From: Octopus sinensis
Lineage: Eukaryota
DNA: 64,000 bases
Assembly: GCF_006345805.1 (NCBI RefSeq)
Contig: NC_043003.1
Location: 54,746,001-54,810,000, forward strand
Direction: 5' to 3'
Each line of letters starts with the position of its first letter. The first letter of the stretch is position 1. This document shows, piece by piece, positions 1-14,550 of the stretch. A program made the position numbers and the translations under genes. The notes under the pieces are model-generated. The model was given only the letters and a program-made list of their open reading frames with translations, had not been told where the DNA came from and searched no databases.

Positions 1-91
1 TTTCCCTTTCTATTTTAGAATATCATCATATTTTCTTTCTTTCTAATAACATACTTATATTTATAATGTCTGACTGCCTCTCTTTATAAAC

Positions 92-94
<3 letters not shown>

Positions 95-175
<81 letters not shown>

Positions 176-254
176 GCATATATGTGTATATATCTATCTA
201 TATATATAAATATATATGTGTATATTACATATATATTCATACACATACATATGA

Positions 255-305
<51 letters not shown>

Positions 306-417
306 ATATATATATATTTATATGCATATATATATGTATATATGTACATATATATATATTTATACATATATATATATTATATATATATATATATATAGTA
401 TATATATATATATATTT

Positions 418-450
<33 letters not shown>
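95..450. repeat. (TA)n-rich microsatellite tract; similar tracts at ~1365-1455, 1845-2090, 32600-32940, 42410-42555, 50460-50530, 51340-51440
   Basis: Directly visible dinucleotide repeats; they account for the YIYIY-type ORFs. Confidence 0.97.
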
Positions 451-456
<6 letters not shown>

Positions 457-1152
457 CACAGGAAGACACAGATATATCTCTTAAAATTTATGCATAATAG
501 CATAATAGATGTGTATGTGTGTATGCATGTTTGTATGTGTGTGTATGTATGCTCATATTTCCAACTACATAATGATTTATTGCCATAAATACATAATAGG
601 TAAGAAACTAATTCACACAAATACATACATGCATACATGTATATGTGTGTGGGTTTATATCTATGTATGCAACACGCATACACAAAAGCACACACACGCA
701 CCACATATCTACACACACACACACACACATGCACATATATATTCATATGTTTGTGCGTTTATGTACAGAGATGTGTGTTTATGTTAACGTATGAGTGACT
801 TTATCAGTCTTCTGCTTTCCCAAGTGAGCCACAAATTGAAATTAGTTTCAAGCAAGCAGCAAGCAAAAGTATATTATATATATATATATATTATCTTCAT
901 ATCAAATTAAAGCAGGAGCTCTGTGTCATGCTGTACAAGACAAGAAATTAACACAAACAAATTTATCAAATTAAAAGCAATATGCTAAATATTATATTTC
1001 GAAGCAGAAAATAGCCTATGACACAAACGAGTGAAATATTTTTACATCCTGTTGTTCTGCTTGTTATAGAGGTTTGTTCAAAATTTATTGATTCGAGGAA
1101 ACTGACGTATCACAAATGTTCAGGGATGCATTATCGACTTTGTGCATGTAAG

Positions 1153-1187
<35 letters not shown>

Positions 1188-1361
1188 ACACATACATACA
1201 TACATATATACATACATACGCACGTACGTACGTACATACGTACCTACATCTGTATATATATATATATAAAAATATACATAAATATATTCACATACATACT
1301 TAGGTATATACGATTAAATACTTATGCACGCACACACACACATGCCTCTGCACATATATAA

Positions 1362-1458
<97 letters not shown>

Positions 1459-1530
1459 CATATACATATATACAAACACACTCGCAGATACGAACACTCA
1501 CACTCAGACATACGCACATACACAGACAGG

Positions 1531-1568
<38 letters not shown>

Positions 1569-1842
1569 ATATATATATATTATTCATAAATATGCATACA
1601 TACACGCATAAATGCGCGCGTGGGTACAAACAAATATGGGCGAATAAACACGCGAACCTTTAATGCTGTATACTGTTTCTGATTGAAAACGGAAGAAGAT
1701 AGTATTCCCTAATTGCTGATAGGTTTATGTTTATTCATATTTTCACTTAATTATTGAATCTGATATTAGTCATTTAGTTTCTTTATATCCACACATGTAT
1801 ATCAATATCGTGATGAATTTTGTACATTCATATGCATATGGC

Positions 1843-1912
<70 letters not shown>

Positions 1913-2047
1913 CGCACATAGTATTGTAACATATATTGTGATGTATTTTGTACATTTATGTACAATTGTTATATATATATGAATGTATATATACATACAC
2001 AGATATATACATACGTATACATACATACATACATATGTATATATATA

Positions 2048-2099
<52 letters not shown>

Positions 2100-2567
2100 A
2101 CATACATACATGACGATATATTGGGGTGTATAATATATATATATATTATATACACGTATTTGTAAATATATCCTTACATACACATATGTATGTAAATACA
2201 TATTTCTCCACACATTTCACACCCAGATGACTTAGAAGAACAGCTCATGCCTATTTAATTAAATTGAAACTGTAGACCACCACTCTATTCCTCATCATAT
2301 ACTTGATTATCAATCTATATACTGCTCTGCATTCCTTATTTTCTTCGATTCTAAATTCACCACTTACGTGGATTCCTTATGACTACATATTCCATAATAC
2401 TGTATTTCATTGTACGTTCTGATCGCAATTCAAATATAACGATTAAACTAAATGTTATTTTCTAACCAACATATACTATACACTTATGTTTGGACACTTA
2501 TAGCTAATATTTAAAATTTTCAGATTTTTCTCTTTACTTCTACACTACTCTTACACACTTACACGTG

Positions 2568-2890
2568 AATGCGCGTGGCTTAGTGGTTTGGGCACTGGGC
2601 TCTTGACCGTGAGGTTGCAAATTCGATACCCGGTGATGTGTTGTGCCCTAGCGCAAGACAATTTATGTTACGTTGTCCTGTTCACTAAGCTGCCAGAAAT
2701 TGAGTAGTACCTGTATTGGAAAGGGCCACCCTTGCGACATTCTGTATCACACTGAATTTCTCTGAGAACTAATTTAATGATACGCGTGTCCCTGGAGTGC
2801 TTAGCCACTTTTCACGTAATTTTCACGAGCAGGTTATTCCGTTGATCGGATCAACTGAAACACTCGTCGTTGTAACCGACGGAGTGCCAG
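2568..2890 (+). mobile_element. tRNA-derived SINE, family D (near full length)
   Basis: A box TGGCTTAGTGG (~2576) and B-box-like ATTCGATACC (~2621), followed by GTTGTGCCCTAGCGCAAGACA. Related heads at ~22783-22915, ~23545-23660 and ~55735-55830; related 3' part at ~7590-7730. Possible imperfect TSD tactctta(c/t)ac on both flanks. Confidence 0.7.
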
Positions 2891-3076
2891 GTTGGTACTC
2901 TTATACCCACATTTATCCACATTCATATATTTCATCGAACCTACGTTTTTAAATGTCAATTCCTTATTGTTACAATAAATAAATGATTTATCCTGGTATC
3001 AACAAACACAAGTATCAAAAGCACACTCATTGTCCTCTTACCTATCTTTTAAACCTGAATCACACCGAAGTCAGCC

Positions 3077-4022
3077 GTTTCAAGAGTATAGCTAGCAAGT
3101 ACTCGATTAGAGGTCAGTTGAAAAATTATCATAATGCTTATGGTATATGCCAGTATCCTCCCAGGACAGTTACACGGTAATATGAATTATTAGAATTAAG
3201 TAAAGTTGGTCATCGACCAACTTCTCAACCTTCTCACCTCTCCTGTCCTCTACTTAGAAATATCTTTCTTTTCCCTACACACTGCATTAACCACCATACC
3301 ACAATGCTTGGTAAAGATACATTTTCTTGTACGTTACCCCAACCTTGAAACTCTAGGCATTTCTTCACATATGACCACTTCGTTGCCTAGTTTTCCTAAC
3401 TGATAATTCTAATTCACTTACTGCTGCTATTCTACACATGGTCTTCTGCACACCATCCCTTTCAGAACACCCTCCCTTAACCATATAGGACTGGCCACTT
3501 CTTTGTACACATCTTCCTCTAATTCTCGAAGTTTCTATACATATGTATGCGTGCCTGTGTGCGTGCGCGCGTGTTCGTGTGCGTGTGCAAGTATTGCATG
3601 TCATGTTTGTTAGCTACTATCTTTCCTTTATTGTGACTTTTTTTCTCTACACCATAACTTTTAACCTCACCTCAGTATCCACCCCGCCCTGCTACTGGTA
3701 GATAATTACTACCTGTCAAATCTCTATATCATTCCTCCTCCGATGTTAGAATAAACCATAACTGTAATATTAGTTGCTGATTGTTTACAAGCAAATGCAC
3801 CTTCTGCGATCTATTCTCGAAACAGCTGTAAGAATTTCAAGACTTTCGTCCTTCCTTCTCATCCAGCTTCCGATTCTACATTTTGATGACCAACTTTACT
3901 TAATTCTAATAATTCAGAATACTGTGTAACTGTCCCGAGAGAATACTGGCATATACCATAAGCATTATGATAAATTTTCTACTGACCGCTAATCGAGTAC
4001 TTGCTATCTATACTCTTGAAAC
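3077..4022. repeat. ~138-bp inverted repeat pair (3077-3214 / 3885-4022) enclosing ~670 bp; foldback/MITE-like
   Basis: gtttcaagagtatagctagcaagtactcg...aagtaaagttggtcatc is the reverse complement of gatgaccaactttacttaattc...tatactcttgaaac, with a few mismatches. Confidence 0.85.
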
Positions 4023-4062
4023 AGTTCAAAGGTCGTGTTTAATCATTTAAATGTCCGGTTCT

Positions 4063-4253
4063 CGAGATAGGCACTAGAATTTGGGAGGGAGGAGGAGAGT
4101 TGATTACATCGACCACAGTGGTATTTAATTTATGGACCCCGAAAGAATACAAGGAAAATACAAGGTTCAAATTCCACGACCTCGTGGAATTTGAACTCAG
4201 GAAGTAAAATGGACGAAATGCCACTAAGCATTATCAAAGCGTGTTAACGCTTC

Positions 4254-4254
<1 letters not shown>
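4063..4254 (-). mobile_element. SINE family B fragment (tRNA head, Deu/Nin-like central domain)
   Basis: Matches the 14.5-15.5 kb copies (gacctcg..ggaatttgaactcag...gacgaaatgccactaagcatt). Confidence 0.75.
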
Positions 4255-4300
<46 letters not shown>

Positions 4301-4323
4301 TAATAATAATAATAATAATAATA

Positions 4324-4774
4324 ATAAAGATGGGCTACAGCAAATATTCTGCTCAATACCACAGATTTGCTTGTCAGTTGTTTGACCTTAACCAGTTGAG
4401 CATGTCCCTTAGTGGCTGACGATATGTGCATCTCTGATCACGAGCAGAAATAGTGGGGGAGCATCATAGCCATGTGTTGAGATGGATTCTTTGGGGTTTG
4501 AATAATTCACCTGTGGAAACATGGGTGGTTCTTTGAACATCCTTAAACAACCCTTATTCAGGGGATGGGCTACTCAACCTGAAGAAAATTCTAACTGGGC
4601 CCCACCTGCAAGGTCATGCGCTGTTTACCTTGATATGATATCACCATGTCGCGCACATATGGTTGTGATGCATGTGCCTGGTGTACCCTTATCAGACGGG
4701 TAGTCATGATGGGTATACTGGGCTTCGTATATTTTACCCCAGTGTCACTTTGATGACATGAACTGCTCTCTCAC
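4324..4774 (+). mobile_element. Non-coding interspersed repeat family C embedded in (AAT)n
   Basis: Reverse-complement copy at ~61131-61600 and partial copy at ~60445-60658; flanked by (AAT)n on both sides here. Strand assigned from the (AAT)n tail. Confidence 0.8.
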
Positions 4775-5492
4775 ATAATAATAATAATAATGGACGAAAT
4801 GCCACTAAGCAGTATGATAAATTTTCAACTGACCTCTAATAGACTACTTGCTATCTGTACTCTTGAAACAGTTCAAAGGTCGTGTTTAATTATATAAATG
4901 TCCTGTTCTGACCTGATACCAGCTGTTCTTCTGTTTATCCTTTGATTCTGTAATGTATGTACCTGTTCAACTAAGACACTGGCTATATCTGAAGTTAATT
5001 AGGCAGCTATAAAAACTCTACTTTTATTTCTTTCAACTCAAGTTCAAGTTATCACTTAGACAGCAAGTCAACCTCAGCAGTAGGTCTATGTACCTATTTA
5101 CCTTACGTCATTAGACTAATATGTGTGTGTATCTGTGTGCACCATGTGCATCAATATGCATAAACATGTGTCACAACATATTTTTCTAGTACAGCGCATT
5201 TTATGTAAAAGTTACACGCAGTATTTACATTTGACTTCGGTGAGCAACTACACATAATAATTAACTTCAAGATCTATACGAGTGACTAATTCATGCCACT
5301 CATTAGGATGGCACGCTTTTGGCCACTGTCTAGAATGACCATGTATGAAGCAGCAACACAGACCCAAAGACTAGAACCGCACAAAATACTGAATTTCATC
5401 TACGCGGTGTGCAGTAGTTGTGGTTCAAGTACTTCGTCACGTTCACACATAGCATTTATGGCACCCTTGAGTTTACTTGTTTCCTTGTCATG

Positions 5493-5552
<60 letters not shown>

Positions 5553-5615
5553 AGTGTGTGTGTGTGCGCACGCGTGTGTGTGTGTAATTAATAATATATG
5601 TATGTATGTCTCCAT

Positions 5616-6027
5616 ACTCTTTACTCTTTTACTCTTTTACTTTTGACTGTGGCCATGCTGGAGCACCGGCTTTTATTAGAGCAAATCGACCCCAGGACTT
5701 ATTCTTTGTAAGCCTAGTACTTATCCTATCGGTCTCTTTTTCCGAACCGCTAGATTACGGGGACGTAGACACACCAGCATCGGTTGTCCGGCGATATTGA
5801 GGAGAGAAACACAGACACACAAACGTATACACGCACACACACACATGTATATACTTATATACGGCGGCCTTCTTTCAGTTTCCGTCTACCAAATCCACTC
5901 CCAAGTCTTTGGTCGGGCCGAGGTTATAGTAGAAGATACTTGACCACGGTGCCACGCAGTGGGACTGATCCCGGAACCATGTGGTTGGGTAAGCAAACTA
6001 CTTACCACACAGCCACTCCTACGCCTA
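5616..6027 (-). mobile_element. SINE family A (tRNA head + CORE-like domain + internal TA/TG microsatellite; octopus OR-type SINE-like)
   Basis: Reverse complement of the 20727-21140 copy; 3' tail of (GTAAAAGA)-like repeats. Confidence 0.85.
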
Positions 6028-6098
6028 TAAACATCTACTTATTCTGTATCTCTCTCTCTCTCTCACTCTCAATGTATGGATATTTATTTATACCCCAC

Positions 6099-6154
<56 letters not shown>

Positions 6155-6676
6155 TGTACCAAAGTAAGCGTATATATGTGTAACAAGGTTGGAAACAATA
6201 GTACTTCAAAACTGGAGGTAGAGTAGTTTGATTTATTACTTTTAAAGCTGCAAAAATATCACAATCTAAGCCGTCCGACAAACGGAACCGTGAAACTATG
6301 AGCAGCGGTTTATTGTGATATTTTTGCGATGATTTTACTGCTTTAATAACAATATTAATAATAAAGTATGTATGTTTGTATGTGTATATATATATATATA
6401 TACGCATACATACGCACATACACACGCACACGCGCACACATACATATGCATGCATGTATGTATATGAGCTTTGGCAGGTGTACACATGTATCCATTTATT
6501 TAATTATGCCTTCTTTTTTTTTAATTTTTGTCTTTCCATTCTCATTGAATGTAGAAGATAGTTCCAGGCTGCTTTCAAAAGAAGTGACGAAGTTCAGTCA
6601 TTGTTAGTTAGATCACAATGATTGTAAAAACTTAGATTTATCAATGCTCCGATTGCTAATTTAGTTTACACATTTT

Positions 6677-6719
<43 letters not shown>

Positions 6720-7015
6720 ATATATATATATATAATATATATATATAATCACTTTCTTTGAAAGAATGCATTAAATGTTCAAGATCTTTAACTTAACACT
6801 TAAATCCAAGCAGGCTATAATTACATTTACAGATGTATATATTATCTTCCAGGCAGAAGTTGCAGATTTGAAATTTGTTGTTCATCGATGTTCTTGTTCT
6901 TATTGATTTTTAATTAAATGTTCACATCAACTGTAGAACTGACATCCATAATATGTTTCTTATTTTCAGTCTCAACTGGAAACTGGACTGCCGTGATTGT
7001 TATTGTTGTATTTTG

Positions 7016-7232
7016 TAAGGCGGTGAACTGGCAGAATCGTTAGTACTCTGGACAAAACGCTAACCGGCATTTCGCCCGTCTTTATATTCAGAGATCGAAT
7101 TCCACCACGGCCGTGTTTGCCTTTTCTATTTTGGGGATCAATAATATAAGCATCATTTGAGGACCGGGGTCGATGTAATCGTCTAGCCCCACTCCTAGAA
7201 AAATTTAGGCCTTGTATATTTACTAGAAAAGA
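7016..7232 (+). mobile_element. SINE family B, diverged copy
   Basis: taaggcggtgaactggcagaatcgttag...ggggtcgatgtaatcg...ggccttgt; same head and body as the 14.5-15.5 kb copies. Confidence 0.8.
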
Positions 7233-9297
7233 CTGTTGCATTTTGTGGTGTTTTTATCTGGGGTAAAGTTAAACATGACTCCGTTTACAGTTTATCAAAG
7301 ACATACCATTAACGATCCATTTATAATTTTGAGCATCGTACATGTATGTCTTTATGCTCATTAAATCCCAATGTTTTTTTTAGTTTTCTTTGCAGCCATG
7401 AGGTCAGTGGGTCATTTCTATTGTTTCGAATCGACCAATATTTTCTGGAAGAAATTGAATCGAACGAAACTAAATGGGAAATTATTTTGGGTGCAGGTAT
7501 TTGTAATTCATAATGTTCTACCTTGTCATACACACATGCATACAAAGCGGCACGCATACACATACACTCAAATACACACGCTCGCGCGAAATGTGTAACG
7601 CTGAATCTCACTGAAAATTACATTTAGGTTATAATTGTCTATGCGATGCAGGGTCACACGTAAATTCAGAAACAGTTTATTCAGTTGACAGAACAACTGA
7701 ATCCTCGTCGGCACACGATAGAAATCCGCCATCATGTATCACTGCATTATCAAATTCTCCAGTTGATTTTCATGTTAACAGGTTTTTTTTATGAGAATGA
7801 TCTGCCAAAATTGTTTGAGATAAAATGTTTTTAAATGACTGAACATAAGGTTATTTGAAATTGTTTTATGCATGTGCAGACCTGCTTATGCATAGTTTCG
7901 AATATTGTTTTAACACATTTGTGATGCCGCAAAGTAAGTAGTATCTTATGGCGTTTTGAAACATATGCTCTTGATCATATTTGTGATAATATCTACTGAT
8001 TTTTCACACAATCGACTGACAGGTTACAATTTAAGTGTTGTAGTTTATTATTCTTTCATTCAGTATTATGTTACTAACTTGGTCGCCTTGGTTTTGCTAG
8101 GGAATATAATTCGAGGTAACATGTAGTATTGTCCATGCATGTTACGCATACTCCATGCAGACACACACGCACACACATGCACACATACACACACCCACAT
8201 GTAGACACACGCGTATGCATCTGTGCAGATACACAGATATCTAGTAATACTTGTGTATGTATGAATGTGAGTATATATTGTTTGTCGGTATGCTTTTGTA
8301 TATGTAGGTGTGAAAGGTAGGACTAAAAGAACGTCAGAAGCGGAAATCAAACAAAACACAACATACGGAAAATGGACGATAAAATTACAAATGGCAAACA
8401 GGATAGAAGCAAGGTACACGGACCATTCTCAACAGATTTCTTCTCCAGTCGTTTTCTGGAAAGTCATTATAGTTTCATACCCCTTTATACCTACCGATAA
8501 TTCGTATCCAGCAGGTGCCAGGGACTTAGCTAAAAGCATCATTAAGCCTCCGGGAAAAGCAAACGAATGTATACAGCTTGTATGTATGGACAATTTTCAA
8601 TGAGAGTTATTTAAGTATTGCGTAGAATTTCACTTGGTCGCTAAAAGCTCGAATCTTTCTTTCTTTGTGATGAAAGTGCGTATTCATGTGTATTATCTAA
8701 CATGAGAATATAGTAACATTTACAACGAAAGAATAGTGGGCAAGATTACTTTTTATGAAAGTGAGATTACTACACATGGATGTGTGTAATTACTTTTTAC
8801 GCATGTGCACAATATATATACACATATGATTGTGAATATATAGTTCATTCTAAGAAAATCAGTTGTAGAATCTTTGGATTTTTTACAAAACTACATTGTC
8901 CCTTTGCTTGCATAAATTCGAAGAAAGCGATTCAGTATGCTTCACTGTTTATAACATAAAGCTTAAATAAAAGTCTGTAGTCCTGAACGTAGAACGGCAA
9001 CATACATTTGAGAGTCCTTCTTGCATGCATTTGGATAACATTCTGTGAATTCAAATCCTAACGTGTTTGAAAGTTTTTGACACTTAAAGATCAATGAATA
9101 AATCCTAGTTGAGAGCGTGCGTGATCGTTCCTTGCCCTGGTTGTTTCTCTTTCTCTGAGAGTCGACTCACCAGGTTCATTTCTCTAGAAGTTATAAAGGA
9201 TTAAATGAGAGGCTGTCATCACATTTTGCTAGACTGAAGTAATACATTTCTCGACCTCTTTTGAAACGATCTGATATACACAATAACGCAGCTTGGA

Positions 9298-9450
9298 AAT
9301 TGCCTTTCCCTTGGATAACATCAGTGGTGTGGAGAAGGGAGGCTCGTATGTATGGGCAACTGGTGGCCTGCCATAAACCTTGCCTGGACTTGTGCCCCGG
9401 AGGGTAACTTTCTAGGGGCAATCTCATGGTCATTCATGACCGAAGGGGGT
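9298..9450 (+). mobile_element. Probable 3' end of a non-LTR retroposon (RTE-like 3' UTR)
   Basis: GC-richer island ending in the stem-loop GGTCA-TTCA-TGACC plus GAAGGGGG. Family assignment is from recall only; single copy in the window. Confidence 0.35.
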
Positions 9451-11624
9451 CTCCCAATCCCAATCCTTAATCTTATGTGTGCATGCATGCATATATATTT
9501 GATTAAGATTGGGTCATATGTGGCCTCACTGCCTTTGTTTTATAGACCGTTTTAAATACAGAGAAATGCTATTTAAAAGTAAATAGGCTATTTTACTTTG
9601 GGGGATCCATCATGTTTTAAGTACCTTTCTTGACTTATTGACGATGATTAAAAATCCTTGTTAACTTTAGTAAGTCGAATAATAGTGGTCTATCTGTGAC
9701 CTTCTCATTTGTTTTATTCCAGTATTATGTAATTCGAACTGGTTTATCACTCGAGTTTAATAACTTTAAGCATTATAACAGCGATTTGAGGGAGACCTGG
9801 GTCTATATTTCTAGTTAGTGTTGCAAACCTGTAAGAGGCCCCAACAATTTTTTTGTTCTTCTTGAAATCGATACTTTCATGTTGTAGATATAAGTGTTGT
9901 TATTGATGCAACTAGTTGTAATGGTGTTCATGCCATAGTGTGTAATGTTGGAAAAGTTTAAAGGTGTTGGTGCATTAAGATAATATGTGAATATGTATTA
10001 GTGTTTGTGTGTTTGGGAATCTGTGTGTCTCATTTTATGAGAGCAAGAACATAACAAAAATTTCTAATGCGTTTGTCTGTGTGCGCGAGTGTGTACCAGT
10101 CTTAATAGAAAACATAATAACCATTATAAGAACAAAACCAATAAAATACTTCTGATATTAGTACAATCACGCTCCATTAACTATAACACAATAAAGTCAT
10201 CTTCAGAAAGAAGAGTTGATAATTTAGGTGGAAAATCTGCCAGCGGAAGTTAAGTCTGAGAGAAAATCTTTTCGAGCTACCATTTTGGATTTGTCATGTA
10301 TACATGTGACACGTAAGTGTATGTGCGTATGAGCAAACGTGCTGATGAGTGTATAAATGTAGTATGTGTCTATTTGTTGATATTTGTCTGTATAGGTACA
10401 TATACATACATGCATGCAAACATATATACATGTATGCACACACACCTGCACATATATGCATGCACACATATTGGCATTGCTTTTCGTTGTTTTGCTTGTA
10501 TTTTTTTTTAATTTCTATTTTATTTTATTGTATATTATTGTTAATTTATATATTACCTTTTATTACAAATAAAAAAAAATTTAGAAAATATATGAAAAAA
10601 AACCAAAAACAAAACGGGAACAACACCAAAACATCGACGTATAAAAAGTTTCGCTCATTCATTATATTTCACTCTAACAATGACAACTACTGCAATTTCA
10701 ACAATTAAAATAACAACAGTAACGACGAAGATGACAACAGCAACAACAACAACAATAACATCAGCTATAATAACCGCAACCGCGCCTCAAATCTGGCAAT
10801 GATCCACTCTCCCACCATTTGGTGTCAGGTGGGGGGACAGGTATGCCTACGAAGAAAGAGAGAAAGTAAACGCAAAAAAAAGTGAATCATTTTAAATGCA
10901 AATAGTGGAATATTTGAATTAGTAGCATCAACGATGTGTAAATCAACATTGATGTGAAGCGTGAACAAAATATTGAAACCCGCTTAAAGCATGACATACA
11001 GCACTACAGTGCACTGTACAACGCTGCACTCCTACATTGCACTATATCACTAGCTTCTCTCACACTATCTTGACATTGTGATAATTTCATATTTCATACA
11101 CACACTCATACACACACACGCGCATGCATATATATATATATGTACAAAGACAAGCACATACGCACGCACTTGTGTCCACGCATACAGAAAAACGCACCAC
11201 ATAAGCTCAGACACACATCGCCAGTAGCTGCAACGACATCACCGTTACTATGCAATCACTACCACTATTGAACTCTTGCGTTACATCCACCATCAGGATC
11301 ATCACCATAACCAGCTAGATTATCACCACGAGTGTTTTGTTACAAATAGGAACACCTCTGGCACAAAAGGTACGTTACATACATAAACACACATGCACGA
11401 CAAAAATACAAAATTGAAACACAACTGCACAAATTATGCGCAGCATGCTCACAATATAAAATAGAGAATACACCCACCACACATGAGTTACACAATGCAA
11501 CACATACAATGCACAATAGAACAGAACACCTGTAACACAAGACATAAAACAAGATAAAATGCAATTAACGCAATAGAGAGCTCACATGCAAACTTACAGC
11601 ATAGCACAACATACGGCATAATAT

Positions 11625-12333
<709 letters not shown>

Positions 12334-12799
12334 TACAGCATAACATATTTTACAAAACAAAGAACACAAAATACAGAAGACCCACATCACGACTAATCCC
12401 ACAAATTTCACTCACTGCATAAAATACGCACAACACAATGTATCTAACCCTGCACAGCATAAACAATACAACGTAACAACGTGACGTATATAACATACAC
12501 GTCACAACACGTCACGATAGTACAACACATTTAAGACAATCAACGTAGAACAACCCATAACAACGAAATCACCTTCAAACTATCAATGTGTTTTTTGAAA
12601 GGCAGAAGAACATACTATACAGGAATGTATTATATTCCTAGATACACGTAAAATGACAAAATGGTATTTGACTAAATGTCTGCTTGGTCATAGCTGATCT
12701 GGTTTGAAATATTAAACAGCATATATATACAGCATGTAGTATCATCAGCAAGGCAGTTAATACAGGGGAGGACAGTGTATACGTTACTACTCAGCGTAA

Positions 12800-13915
12800 A
12801 GGTGCCATCTTATACCGACTCACACAACCAGGACAACCCACGTAACATCCACTCACCTTTCAAAACATTTTGCTGATAGGGGCAGCACCACACTTTTACT
12901 TCTCGCGTTCTTTTCCAAATGGAATTTTAAATGTCGATAACGGCTTAACCGCAGCAGAAAGCGACTCTCTTCAGTCATTTCATTCTGGCCCACCATACAA
13001 CCTCAACTATAATCAACAGAGTGAAAGACGCCTGCCCTTACGAGCCAAAAGAAGGTCACATGGCAAACATCACGATGGAGTAGACCGATTGACGGGCCCT
13101 TCCTAAATGTCAAAGCAGCTGTTATTACCAATTCTGAAGCACTGCACGAAAGCAAGCAGGGCGATTTCATATATCTGTGCACTTCTCGGGCAGGCGCGAC
13201 TGATAACACTACCATGGCTATGGAGTTTATCCCCAAACGTTATACCCTTCACCGGTAGCACGGCGATACCAGAGAATTCTGGAAATTGTTCAAAGATCCC
13301 ACTCGAAAGTCTTCCGAAAAAGAACAGACTGTTGATTTTGATCAACGTTCATTGATTGCCCGAGTATGTTCTTGATCTTACCACTAAAAACTAATCTTAT
13401 GTATTGAATATCGTGACGTGTTATGACGTGTCTGCTAGAATACTATGGTGGAACATCCTCCGAAAGTATTGTCCGACTTGTAGGAAAATGTGACCGAAGA
13501 CACTCAAGATACCAGTCACTCTGTCTCGGTCTAGGCTGGAAGCTCTGCCAAAGCCGCTCTTCGAAACAGCGCCTCTGAGGAACGTCGACCACACATGTTC
13601 ACCGTTTACCCATGAAAAAACACTTGAGGTGTAGTAACTCTAGTACATATTTGCGCATTATTAGCCACGCAATGTCCAGACCTCCATGCAGTGGATGTTG
13701 ATAGCAAATGAACCACTTTTTTTATCGTTTCCCCTTCATAAAAAGTGGAAGAGCAAGCCTCCGTTTTGGTCAGCCATGAAGCAGGGCAAGTCACCTATTT
13801 ATGAGTGATACTGGCTTGTAATCTTTTCGCAGTCCTTGTCCATCAGGGAGTTGAACCAAGCAAGACGCTGAGCAGTTTTACGCGTCAGTTCAGCGTACTA
13901 TGATACTGTTAATTG
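12800..13915 (-). pseudogene. Heavily decayed BEL/Pao LTR-retrotransposon pol fragment (RT to RNase H region)
   Basis: Motif relics in the expected order on the minus strand: NCSAS..NSLMD (cf. FDASA..SLND), SYKSDNTFGGCST (cf. FYVDD), SCSASELVITAALTFR...CHVTF (cf. FxDASExAxxAVxYLR), EWMLRGLSWL (cf. WWxGPxWL). Many stops and frameshifts. Confidence 0.45.
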
Positions 13916-13929
13916 GAATGGACCTGCCA

Positions 13930-13942
13930 GACACATAAACAT

Positions 13943-13975
<33 letters not shown>

Positions 13976-14147
13976 CATATATACGACGGGCTTCTTTCAG
14001 TTTCCGTCTACCAAATCCACTCACAAGGTTTTGGTCGGTGCGAGGCTATTGTAGAAGACACTTGCCCAAGGTGCCATGCAGTGGGACTGAATCGGAACCA
14101 TGTAGTTGGTAAGCAAGCTACTTAGCACACAGCCACTCCTACGCCTA
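13930..14147 (-). mobile_element. SINE family A, 5' half
   Basis: acgacgggcttctttcagtttccgtctaccaaatccactcacaagg...cacagccactcctacgccta. Confidence 0.85.
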
Positions 14148-14550
14148 ATGAATCGATGAATTCTTACTCCGTAAGAAATAAATTTCAGAAACGTTACGAT
14201 GAATGTTAGAAGATATGACTTTCGTAATAGAATATTGTCTAATCATGCGCTCTACTATAAACGTTCGCTCTATCTCTGCTACATTTCTAGTATGTACGCT
14301 AGTCTTTCATTAAGAGATGTACAATTTACCTTGGGATGCCGTGTGAAAGAACCAATTGTCTTAGTGGCACAATTTCTTGCGATGTTTAATTATCGTACCT
14401 AACGTTCGGTGTTCAAATTACATTGTTGTTGTAGCTTGCCTTATATTTCTTTACAAGCGTAGGATATTAGTTAGTTAATTATATATTCGATTGTAACGTC
14501 TTCTGAAATTAATGCATGGATTGTTTTCTACTCTACGTAATGTAATATTC

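Noticed and set aside
61-2213. Numerous YI/HT/CV-rich ORFs here and throughout the window
   Set aside because: They are translations of dinucleotide microsatellites.
4415-4455. CTGACGA...GAAA in family C as a hammerhead
   Set aside because: No convincing stems I/II, and the other copies lack the GAAA.
8310-8603. 97-aa ORF or possible small exon
   Set aside because: No recognisable homology and unconvincing splice signals.
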